Origin: Tubiluchus corallicola
Taxonomy: Eukaryota; Animalia; Priapulida
Reading direction: 5' to 3'
Assembly (NCBI GenBank): GCA_030141605.1
Contig: JAQGDQ010000175.1
Location: forward strand, 381,030 to 445,029
DNA: 64,000 nucleotides
A program made the translations under genes and the position numbers. Positions 53,036-64,000 of this stretch are shown in pieces. The notes under the pieces are model-generated. The model had not been told where the DNA came from. It saw only the letters and a list, made by a program, of their open reading frames with translations, and searched no databases. Within the stretch, counting starts at the first letter, position 1. Each line of letters opens with the position of its first letter.

Positions 53036-53440
53036 CAAAAAAGAAAGGAGAGAAGAGAACGGAATGGAAGGGAAGAGAAGAGAAGAGAAGAGAGAAGAAA
53101 AGAGATGAGAAAAGAAATGAAATGGAAAGGGAAAAAAGGAATAAAGGAATAAAGGAAAAAACGAAAGACAGAAATTGTTTTATCTAAAATAAAGACTTTG
53201 TAAGCTGTATAATCTTTATGGAAATAAGAAAAAGCCCTGAGCGTTTTTAAGATTTTATCATTTTAATAGATACCAGTTTTATGTGAAGGTCGTTCATTGC
53301 CTTGCCTTTGTCGGCAACAATAAAATCATAAATCTTGTCAACTGAAATCAGGGGAAAGTTGATTCTATATTATTTATGATGCGCCTCGAACATGTTCAGT
53401 GTTCTAATCTAAAATGATAAAAAAAAGTTACTGGCCAAAG

Positions 53441-53635
53441 TTGTGATGACGTGCTCAGTTGTTTTCACAGACTTGTGATGACGTGCCAAAGGTGTTCGCA
53501 CAGGTTTGTGGTGACGTGATCAGGTGTTTTCACAGACTTGTGATGACGTGCCAAAGGTGTTCGCACAGGTTTGTGGTGACGTGCTCAGGTGTTTGCACAG
53601 ACTTGTGATGACGTGCTGAGGGTGTCTGCGCAAAT
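53441..53635. repeat. 32/33-bp minisatellite, 6 copies, alternating variants
   Basis: TTGTGRTGACGTG... unit; copies alternate between two types (65-bp higher-order period). Confidence 0.92.
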
Positions 53636-54717
53636 GTGCGCGAAATAATGTCTTAAAGTACCCTCCACTTACATAAACCTTAAAATATTAGTCTTGAAAT
53701 CTTATATCAATTAGTTATATGACTTGCATCGACAGGAACGCTGTATAAAACTTGCAAATTTGAACTCCCGCGATGACCGTTTACGCAGCCATTTTGACGA
53801 TAAGTCATTTGAAACAAGTTTAGATAACAAAACGCATAATAATCCGAGCGTTTGCACCGCGCACGTCACTAACTGAGTAAAATTTAAAAATTTAAAATCA
53901 CTGTATCTTGTCAATAAGATTAAAAATATTTTTATGGTTAGTGAGCAGTGCACCCTGGGGGGTGAGTCAGTGACATTTTACGAATAGATAAAAGCATTTT
54001 AAATAATTAATAATTTTCTTTTCAAGTTAAATAAGTTTTTCAAGCAGGTAAGCAAAATGCTAAGTAACATAACTTTGCATGGCAAGTTTTTGGGACATAG
54101 ATTAAAATTTCGTTTTCTTCGAAAGAATTAAGTAACTCGTCTATGACGTCATGTAATGGTGCGGTCGGAACAGTATTGCTTGAAATTTAAAATGAAAACA
54201 AACAAATTTTCCTTTCGGCGCGAGTACGATATACGCATAAAATCGCTATAAAGCAATATAACTTTTCAAGGCGATTTTTCTGAAACCAACTTCAGGTACT
54301 TCTTTTCTTGTCCTTTAACAATTCTCAAAATGCGGGAAAAGCTATTCTTGTGTGTTTTCCACTAATGCCTAGCATGACTAACGAAAAAAACAAATCTGAA
54401 ACTTAATTTACTGTAATATGAATCGCTAAACTTAGCTATCTTAGCTACTTTCAGATAAATTTAAGCACATTCTCCTTTAACGAGGTAGCTGTGGGCATGA
54501 AGTTTGGAAAGCAAATTCGCCGAGCCCGCTAATAATTAACTTTGACAAGTAGGAAAACAACTCTTAGATGTTTGCTCACCCCAACTCTCGTATGCTTGCA
54601 TGTGCATTTACCGCACAACTGTTTTGAAAAAAGCAAGCGCACTTATATTTGTTTGTTAAATATAGATAACGCATTTGTCAATGGTTTGTATGATCACTGC
54701 ATGACCTCAATAAGCTT

Positions 54718-55372
54718 CTAAGTTGAAAAAGTTCTGTAGTAAACCTAAAACACTTAACGCAACTTTGCAGCTAGCCTCTAAGTTGAAAAAAGTTCTGTAG
54801 TAAACCTAAAACACTTAACGCAACCTTGCAGCTAGCCTCTAAGTTGAAGAAAGTTCTGTAGTACACCTAAAACACTTAACGCAACTTTGCAGCTAGCCTC
54901 TAAGTTGAAAAAAGTTCTGTAGTAAACCTAAAACACTTAACGCGATCTTGCAGCTAGCCTCTAAGTTGAAAAAAGTTCTACAGTACACCTAAAACACTTA
55001 ACGCAAACTTGCAGCTAGCCTCTAAGTTGAAAAAAAGTTCTACAGTAAACCTAAAACACTTAACGCAACTTTGCAGCTAGCCTCTAGGCTGAAAAAAGTT
55101 CTACAGTAAACCTAAAACACTTAACACAACTTTGCAGCTAGCCTCTAAGTTGAAAAAAGTTCTGTAGTAAATCTAAAACACTTAACACAACCTTGCAGCT
55201 AGCCTCTAAGTTGAAGAAAGTTCTACAGTACACCTAAAACACTTAACGCAACTTTGCAGCTAGCCTCTAAGTTGAAAACAGTTCTACAGTACACCTAAAA
55301 CACTTAACGCAACCTTGCAGCTAGCCTCTAAGTTGAAAAAAGTTCTATAATAAACGTAAAACTTTTAACGCA
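54718..55372. repeat. ~61-bp minisatellite, ~11 copies
   Basis: Unit CTAAGTTGAAAAAGTTCTGTAGTAAACCTAAAACACTTAACGCAACTTTGCAGCTAGCCT. Confidence 0.97.
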
Positions 55373-56162
55373 AGATTAGAACAAACGCTGTTGGCAGATT
55401 GATTGAGGCAGCAAGGTGCCTTCTTAAAGTTAACTATGTTATTTTTTGATTTTTTTCTATAATCTTGTAGATTTCAGTGTTGTATTCGAGTTTTTTCCTG
55501 TGCGAACATGACAAAGCATATTAGCTTATACTTTCTAAATTTCGTACCAGTATGGCACGAACCGTCATAGCTAGAGAAATCATTTGTCTAATTTTTTTAA
55601 TACTTCCTTTGGTAATGAAAGAGGTGAGGCACAGGATAGAACACATTCACTCAAAAGAGGTGATAAGTAAAGAAAAAGACGTTTAGCTGCCTCTGTGATT
55701 TGGCACACAGGAAACATTATTATTAACATTGTACTGCACTTTATTTTGGACTAGGAAACAAGTTGTGATCTTTACCTAAATGTTTGGAACACATTCTGTT
55801 CATTTCAAGTAATAGTAAGCCTACGTGAGCTTTTTTTGCATGTAGAACCTGCTAACAACTGCCATTGACGAAACAGATGAAAAAGCCAACTGACTTGACA
55901 CTAGAAAACTGCAAGTTTTTTCCCTCATCAGCAACTTCTATAATCTGAAACAGAAAAATGGCAACTTAAACATCTTAACAATAAAATATTGGGACAAACA
56001 ACTACTACTATATTTTAATTTAGTTTGATATGACTGATTCATATTAAGTTGTAAGTGAACAGCAAAATACTTTATTAAAAATTAACTTAACAATTGTTTA
56101 ACAAAATTAACAACAACTCATAAAAACATGCATAACAGTTAATTACATGTAATTACTCATTC

Positions 56163-56755
56163 TCTACGTATTCTGTGCTCATTCTTTACAAAATGTATAA
56201 ACTTACTGTCTATTTGTAGATACATGTAATAACACCTTTTTTATATTTGCTTTAAAATGACAAAGGAGGTACCTATGGAATGACACAATTAAGAAAGACA
56301 CCATATTTACAACAACTAATAACAACTAATTAACATGATTATTATTATTTCATTACACTTGTTAACAACATTTATAAAATATGTAGAATTTTGTAAAAGA
56401 TGAGTCTGGAAGGTTATAGCTCTTACGCCAACTTACACTATATTTGTAGTGTATATTTGTGTTTACTATATTTGAATATAGAGGGAGTTGGCTTATAAGC
56501 CTCTGCACCTTTCAGTAGGATATATATATATATATATATCCATTACTCATGTAATTACCATTATCATTATAATAAAATAATGATAATGTTAATTAGTTGT
56601 TGTAAACCAGGTGTCTTTCTTAATTGTGTCGTTGCATAGGTACGACTTTTGCCATTTTAATGCAAATATAAAAGAGCAGTTAATACATGTATCTACAAAT
56701 TAAACAGACAGTAAGTCTATGCATTTTGTAAAGAATGAGCACAGAATACGTAGAA
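56163..56755. mobile_element. Foldback/MITE-like element, ~170-bp inverted arms
   Basis: TCTACGTATTCTGTGCTCATTCTTTACAAAATG...GACACAATTAAGAAAGACACC is matched in reverse complement at 56590-56755. Confidence 0.8.
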
Positions 56756-57345
56756 CATACATTAAGAAAGATCGTGCTAATAACATATATCCTAACAGCA
56801 AATTAATTAAAGCACAACTGGTCCCAATTTTAAACTGTAGGTCAAAACAATCTACTCTTTAAAATATTGAAATTGAACGCACTATTTTTTCAAAAATGAC
56901 TTACATGGAAGAATTATTACCACACAAATACAATTTCGCATTCACGCCACTAGTTCTTCACTGTTACATGCATTTCGCCATTCGCTAGTTAGACGGGCAC
57001 TAGCGCCTGCATTTCGGAAACGTCTTGCACAAAAATAGGTGCTGTACCTCTCATTTCAGATGTATTAGTTTGTGCGTGTCTTGATTTTCGTCAGTATCGA
57101 TCGTCATTCTCGGAATGAACAGCCAATAATAAAGCGCGCTAGTAACTTAGCTAGAAGAGCTCATTTGTTGATGGTGGCAACTGGCAAGGCAGCCAAAACG
57201 CGAAGAATTTCCGAAAACTGAATTCCTGCTGTAAAAAAATAAAAATCACTTATTGTTTTATAAAGTGACATAGACTTATTGTTTTATAAAGTGACATAGT
57301 AAAGCATACTAGTATAACAACTAACGTCTGTCTTCACCACATACT

Positions 57346-57545
57346 ACCAGAAGAAACTTTCCATTAGTCAATAAGCTTTCTATGAATTTCTGTCACCCTG
57401 TACAAGTGCAGAAACTAATGTTTGTGGCTGCATGGCGAAATAAACACGGAGCGCCTAGAGCGGAATGGGGAATTCATAATAGGATTTATAGACATGTACA
57501 GGGAGGTAAAAATTCATAGAAAGCTTATGGAAAGTTTCTTCTGGT
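57346..57545. mobile_element. Small hairpin/MITE-like element, ~55-bp arms
   Basis: ACCAGAAGAAACTTTCCAT..ATAAGCTTTCTATGAATTT..CCCTGTACA versus TGTACAGGG..AAATTCATAGAAAGCTTATGGAAAGTTTCTTCTGGT. Confidence 0.7.
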
Positions 57546-58269
57546 GATTATAAAAATTGACAAACCAAAGTGGTGGGATATCAAAAATTATTATATTAGA
57601 TGCACGAAATTTACCCTCAAGCTCTGACGTTGGTATTACTCTTTTGTATGACAGGTGAAATTTTCATTTTATCTAGCATGTCATTAAACATTGTTGGTGT
57701 CATCTGCGTGTAATTTAAAAAAATCATTTGGTCGCGTCTGCTCTTAATTCTTTAAATATTTGCTAATAGCTTCCTTTTGTGTTTCTTCGTTGCAACCATT
57801 TTAACACGCAACTTCTTTTTTTCTATGCCTTCGCTCTACGTTTACAGAAGCACATTCTGTAACCACTGCCAACAAAACTCATTTTCTTGAGACCACTTTG
57901 GGGCCATTTCAGAATTGAAGAGAGCACCCCTTTAACAATTAGTTATATGTAAACTGATTGACAGTTATCTTGTAGAGAGAGGTCATTCTTTTGAAGGACC
58001 GTGTGGAAGGCATGTAAGTTGACTTATCAGCAACATAGTAAAGCATACTAGTATTCCATATAACGTCTTCACAACATCTATAATTTGTCACAGTCTCCAG
58101 TTTCTTCTACACGTAGAAAACTTCAAAATTAAAAATAAAATAATAAATGAAAAACGATGAAAATAATTACATTATTGTAGAGCATCTTTCATGTTAAGAG
58201 GATGTCAGTTTTAAGAATTTTAAAAATAGGCAAAGTCTCTAATGCTTCGTGCAAATGTTAAGGATTTAA

Positions 58270-59950
58270 GAAAGAGACATTTTGCGCACTGAAGCATAAG
58301 CACAAAAAACTGAAGCTTAGCTTCATTTGACACTTGGCTTTATGATTTCTCAAGCATCTCGGCTGGCCTTTACTGTGCCTGTCATGGCTTCATGTTTGTT
58401 CAAGATAGCCTGGATGCATGCTCACTAAAACTTTACATTTTACTGTGTTTGCAAAATGTATGCTTTTTGGGCCACATAAAAAACTTTTACATGTTTTGGG
58501 TTTCCATCAAGTTTAGCATGAAATTCTGGTTTCATTGTTCAAATCTGCTGTAAACAAGTTTTCACTGAATAAACAAAAATGACTGTAGATACTGTATGTT
58601 GTGGCTCATAATAAAACAGTCTGCAATGTTTTATTTTCCTACCATTTGTTACGGCATATCTATTTTCTTACTTCAAAAACTTTTCAATACAATAAAATCT
58701 TTTTGAACAGGAAATAAAAAAAACTAAAAGTTTCTTAACTTTAACCTCTGTCCATATTTTCTGAAACATTTGCGAAGTGTGGCTGTCAAGTAATTAGTCA
58801 TGATTCCAGCGCAAGAATGGCCTCTGTGAATGTAAGTGAGATAAGAAAATGATAAACTTAAGATACGTATCAATTTCTGAAAAGAATGCAAATCAGGTTA
58901 GAATGTTTAGCAACAGTGTTATCAATAAATTTGTGTTTCAAGAATACCTGCATTAAATAAACCGTTTTAATGAAATGATGTTCGCATTATCAATAAATTT
59001 GCAATACATTAAAATAGAAAGAATAACCACTTTCTATCACTAGAACCATTGCAAACACCATCAAGCTTTGAAAACTTTGATTGCTACTCTAATTGAGCAA
59101 TGCGATTTTTCTTATTAATTTTGACATCAACTCATGTTTGTGCTCAAACAGGAGCAAAATAAGAAAGTGGAGGATTTTTTTGCTGTTTAAAATAGAAGCG
59201 GGTTACTCTTGTCAATCACTTTAGCAGAAACAAAGAATTGCTGCAATTGTGTTTCATTCACATTCACATTAGCACATACATCAAAATCACAGGTTTCACA
59301 AAATACCTCACAAGAAACACTGTGTGCACTGATATTCACAAAAACTGCAAATACTCGTATATGCGCAGGCTCTCTTTTTATTATGTACATGAATTTTGCC
59401 ACAAAGATAACATTGAAATCTCCCGCATTCACTAATACACTCAAGTTGCACACGAGAAAGTACGCAAAATTCACAAAATTTTATACAAGAAATTGCGAAA
59501 AAAGCAGAAAAATTTCGCCATTTACGAAAATGATATTGAAAGTCTTAATTTAGAAAACCGATCTGCGCACATTAAAAAGGAAATTCCAAATTTAACCTGC
59601 GGTGTTTTATTCACAGCAATTTTTGCGCAGTGTTGAGTTTAGCGCAACAGAAGCAAGCAGTGCGCTCCTTTTACGGTTAAATAGGTTTAAGAAACCACGC
59701 CCATGAGTCACTGACTCTGTATGCACACGCCCATGAGTCACAGACTCTGAATACACACGCCCATATGTGTTCATTGGTGCATCAGTGCCAGTAACTCATT
59801 GATGCGTCGTGTCATAAAGCAAACTTATTGGTTGAGTTAATTTTGACTTAGGAGCATCACACTGACTGTCACTATTTTGATCTGTAAACGTAGAATAGTT
59901 CACTAAAGATCAGACACATGTAATTTTTCTTTTTGCTGACAGATGGCGCA
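58270..59950. repeat. Third, diverged direct copy of the 40285-41840 part of the duplicated unit, including promoter-like core copy 3 (59600-59850)
   Basis: Collinear blocks TGTGGCTCATAA, CTTCAAAAACTTTTCAATA, AAGAATGCAAATCAGGTTAGAATGTTTA, GCAGAAACAAAGAATTGCT and TTTATTCACAGCAATTTTTGCGCAGTGTTGAGTTTAG. Confidence 0.88.
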
Positions 59951-61835
59951 GCGACTGCATGATGTATAAGGTTTTATAAAATCAAAACGAACTTAAATTT
60001 TGTAGTACAAAGTATAAGATAAATGTGTTAATACTGTACTATTTGATTATAGCGCAATGCCTTATTATTATGCTTTATTATTGTAGCAATAAGGAGCACA
60101 AGGAATCCTGCTGTCTAAACAATTTTGTGAAATAATCTTTTGTGACAATTATATACATCTGCCCAATATTTTTGTTTTGCTATTTTATTCTTTGCAATGA
60201 AATCTTGAAACAATCTTGGTGTCTAAATAAAGCAACAGAAAATACTGCCGTGGTAAAGCTGACAATATGTTGGTGATAGTGACGAAGATGACTATGATGA
60301 AGACGACGATGAAGACGAGGATTGTGACAACAACAATGACAACGACGATGATGATGATAATGATGAGATGGCATTTCAGCTTAAAAAAGCCTGCCCATTA
60401 ATTAAGATAGATTTCTTGAGAGAATTTGTTAATTAAATTCAGCATCCTTAGACTGCACATTTCACATTCTCTACAATTTTTTTGAATTCTTTTTTAATTT
60501 AACAGGTTAGTAGATTAATCTTGAACATTTTATTGGTCAGTAACCTTTTACACTGACATGCAATGAATTTAAACATTTACGCTGTGTCAATTTAAATCAG
60601 AAGATTTTGTATATGAATCAATGCAGTTATAAGCAGCAAAGCCAGGTTTCAAAACTCTGATGCTCATTTAGAGTATGAAAGTCTTTACACTGAAGGCTAT
60701 TTCTTATTCCAGGTACAAAACTTGAATTAGACTGCCTTTTTTGAGCATCAATTAACATGCCTCATCTTTCGTAGTAAGATATACCAAAACAGGGACGTAT
60801 CAAGACTTTACGACGTCCTAGGCTGATACATCCCATTACTATTGTGAATTTATGATTGTTTATGTAATGAAGAGATTAAACAATTACTTGTGGTGTATTA
60901 AAGACACTATGAACCTAGTTTGTACATAGTCATAATCAATTGCATGTATTTTTGCACCCCGCTTATGTAAGAGCAGGCTGCACAACTGCTTGTTGTGTAA
61001 TACTTTCCACCTGTTCATTATGTGGCACTTATATTAAAGCTGAGCCCAGGAACTCCCTGTGGTGTGTTATAAAATTTGCCCCTTCATTTGAATATGAAAG
61101 TATACACATTTTGTGAGGATAATAACATTTTTTTCTAAAATGTGATGCCCCCGAAACTTTGGCGCCCTAGGCTATAGAATAGTTTGCCTTTTGGTTAGTA
61201 TGTCCTTGTGCGAGACTGTACAATGAAACGCTGGAATATGAAAAAGGTTTCTAAAATATTATACGCAAAAATATTTAATTTTTCGTCTGTAAATGCAAAA
61301 AGAACTTTCTAATAAACAGATGACGACAATGTTTAATTTTAGTTTTCATCATTGTTCATAATAATTGTCCTCACAGCATACACACTAGCAATGCATGCTA
61401 AGCCCCGCCTACACGGTCCATTCTCACAAACCATTGCCAAATCTGCTCTCAAAAGGCAGCAATTGCATTCTATTTAAAAAGTTTCTACCCCGCACACAGT
61501 GCATTTTCTTGCACAATTATACATAAAATGCATTTGCTTACTTTAAACATATTAAAACTTGATTTTGACGAAAAAAATAAAAAAAAAGCATTCAGTAACT
61601 GCAATGTTTGCACTGTAACAAAGTACAATATCAATGGTGTGAAATCTTCTAGTGCAGAAAATTTTAAATATCAAGACACAACACTCTGAAACAATTAGGC
61701 ATCAATATTTTAATACAGTTGCAGTTGTTACATGTTGAGTTATTGGGTTTACTTGTTGACTCGTTTTCTTTCATGCTCACATTAAGACGAGTAGCAGAAA
61801 TCTATTCCTGACCAACAAAGGGTATTTACTTACGG

Positions 61836-62292
61836 ACATAAACAAATGCGATGTATCCAGTCCCATGCATAATTGTGATCCAAGGCTTGGTGAATGTGTG
61901 AGTACAGTTGGTAGTTTTATCTTCATCTGTAACAGTGGATCAATTGATCTAAGTGGTTTCAGGGTTACATGAACTAATTGCTCAGGTCAGTAAAATTTTG
62001 TTTGTATTAGAACTGGCAGAATTTTTAATCTAAAGCTCAAACAACACAGAGCAATTTACTTACAGACATAAACGAATATGATTTATCCATTCCTACATAA
62101 TATGTAGATACGAGTTTTGAGAATGTATAAACACAGCTGCTAACTTTGCTCGCCTCAGGAACTATATGTTCAGGTAAGTTAACTTGCAGTTGTGTTTCGT
62201 GTGCATAGAAGTTCATAATCTAAAGGAAGAATAATGCAAAACTGTTTACTGGCAAACAGAAACGAATGTAATATTTCAAATCCTATGCTAAA
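61836..62292 (+). pseudogene. Third cluster of dead cbEGF cassettes (61836-61985, 62066-62173, ~62255-62292)
   Basis: Homologous to the 28.6-31.4 kb cassettes and their introns. The first is exactly 150 bp with an AG->GG acceptor and a TGA; the second has intact splice sites but a stop and a deletion. Confidence 0.85.
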
Positions 62293-62724
62293 GTGAATCA
62301 GGTTGTTACGACTGGGGGCCAAGGTTTTACTAAAGGCCACTTAGTTTTAATGTCTGCTTAATGTGACACTATTTTAAACATGCATTTTCATTCCTGATTT
62401 TTTATCATTTCTGTTTTTCTTATTTTAAATTTTTTTCAGTGAAAGGTTTTAAAATGTTATGTAATCTTACTGTCTAGTCACTTGCTAGTAGAATACTGGC
62501 GTTTTATTTGACGACCTGAACTGAACTGTAACAAGCCCCATTGGGCCTGACATGGCAACGAAAATACAGTGACACTTAAAAATTTTCTTGGATGCTAGGA
62601 TGTCCTTCACATCTTTGAAGCTAAGCGAATGATAACTGATTTAAGTCATAATAAAGCTTGTGAAAGTATAACTAGTCTCATTATCTCCTCTGCCCTAACT
62701 TATTTTTACTAAACTATTAATGAT

Positions 62725-62860
62725 ACCCCTCCTAATTGTTTAAGATAGCTATCAATTACGTTGGCCATTCTGTTGACAAACCTACTAATTTCCGGACCAG
62801 ACCAATCTTATATTTGTCACCTATTTTCAAGATATTTGAAAAGCTACAGAATAAAAATAA
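62725..62860 (+). mobile_element. Short decayed CR1/L2-type LINE fragment just upstream of the RT core
   Basis: Broken frames read PNCL.IA...PTNFR..RPILYLSPIFKIFEKL, resembling the conserved 'P..LK.A...NYRPIS.L....KIFEK' LINE segment. Confidence 0.5.
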
Positions 62861-63635
62861 AATTTATATGTAACAACAAAATTTACCCGTAAGTCCTTTT
62901 TTGCCCTTTCTCCTTAAGAAAATATACCACAGCCCTAGTTATTGCCAAACTCGTAGACAATAAGTCCATATACACCAAATATGCTAAGCCAGGGTATCAT
63001 GGTATCCAAGATTGTCCAAGTCCAAATGTACTGCAAATATGCTCCATTTGATCCTGAAATAGCCGCAAGCCATCTGCTGGTGTTCGTCGTAGTCGTCAAT
63101 AGCTCGCTGTGTTCGCGTTTCTTTGTTCCAGCTATAAAAAACATACGCTGTTAGTGAGCTATCCAAAAGTTTTTTCTTCATCCAGGAGGGGAAGTCTTTT
63201 TTCTTACTTATAAACTCATGGAATTTAAAGATCTCAAGATTTTTCCTCAACGTACTCTGTAACAACTGTACTTATCTCTGCACATTCCGGAATGATAGGA
63301 CCAAGATATGTATTTGTGGTGGTGTGTTTTCACAACATTGTAGTCAGTCAGCGATAACCTGCCTCGGTCATCGCCGAAGTTTGTCGCCAAAGCTGCAAAA
63401 CTCGCGCTCTCCCAAAACCTTCTCTAAAGTGTCGCACTGTTTACTGAACATTTGCCAACCATGAACAAATATGTCGTCAGTTATTTGTTGCATTCGTCGA
63501 CAATATCGAGACCTACTTGGAGAACATTGTGGGATGCTTTCTAAGAATACTGTGATTATTTTGTGCACTAATTTTTAACAATTTGGAGACATTTTCACCC
63601 AGGGTTTCACGGTGCCTCCACTTTTTTATGACCAT

Positions 63636-64000
63636 GGAAACTTTAGCTCACAATGTGAAAAACTTTAATTCAGCATAGCTGTTTGCACTTGTCAAAGAGT
63701 AAAACCGCTAAAAGATTTTAAACTCCATTCCCTGCATTTTCACGAACGTGAAGATATTTGAAACTAGTGAAACACGGCATGCAGAATGAAGGTCATTTGT
63801 TAAATATGAATGGAACAGCACCTGATATACTACATCTTGGTAAAAAATAATGAATTGAAGAGGAAAATAGATGACGGATGAACACGTTATTTAGTAAACA
63901 AATAAGCTTGCTTTGTTTCAGTTTTTTCAGAAGAATTCTACCATATAATACTGCTGATTTATCATAACTCTGTAACATAAATCAACACAAAAATATCAGA
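63636..64000 (-). repeat. Inverted copy of 46740-47104, running off window end
   Basis: About 99% identical reverse complement by eye. Confidence 0.95.

Overview
AT-rich animal (marine-invertebrate-like, probably lophotrochozoan; inferred, not proven) genomic DNA with spliceosomal introns. Most ORF-track entries are repeat or antisense artefacts, and the real genes had to be assembled from GT-AG exons by eye. (1) A + strand first exon encodes a signal peptide plus a PAN/apple domain (1586-1892). (2) A complete 4-exon - strand gene (9721->6866, about 494 aa) encodes an unusual secreted collagen: signal peptide, poly-Asp, CxxxC, about 111 Gly-X-Y triplets dominated by GPS with no Lys, CxC, then a basic tail. 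(3) The last four exons of a trypsin gene lie on the - strand (21537->19761); its IVGG/His57 exons were not found. (4) A ~13.5-kb palindrome has ~5-kb arms (21980-26933 / 30556-35436), each carrying the 3' end (cbEGF-cbEGF-PAN) of a gene. The gene's upstream 150-bp cbEGF cassette exons, interleaved with dead cassettes, lie in the spacer, so spacer inversion would swap 3' ends. (5) A 3.6-kb tandem duplication plus a third diverged copy share a conserved promoter-like core with no evident ORF. (6) There is a second near-identical inverted repeat running off the window end, a third cluster of dead EGF cassettes, CR1-like LINE fragments, MITE/foldback elements and many mini/microsatellites. All identities and counts are by-eye estimates.
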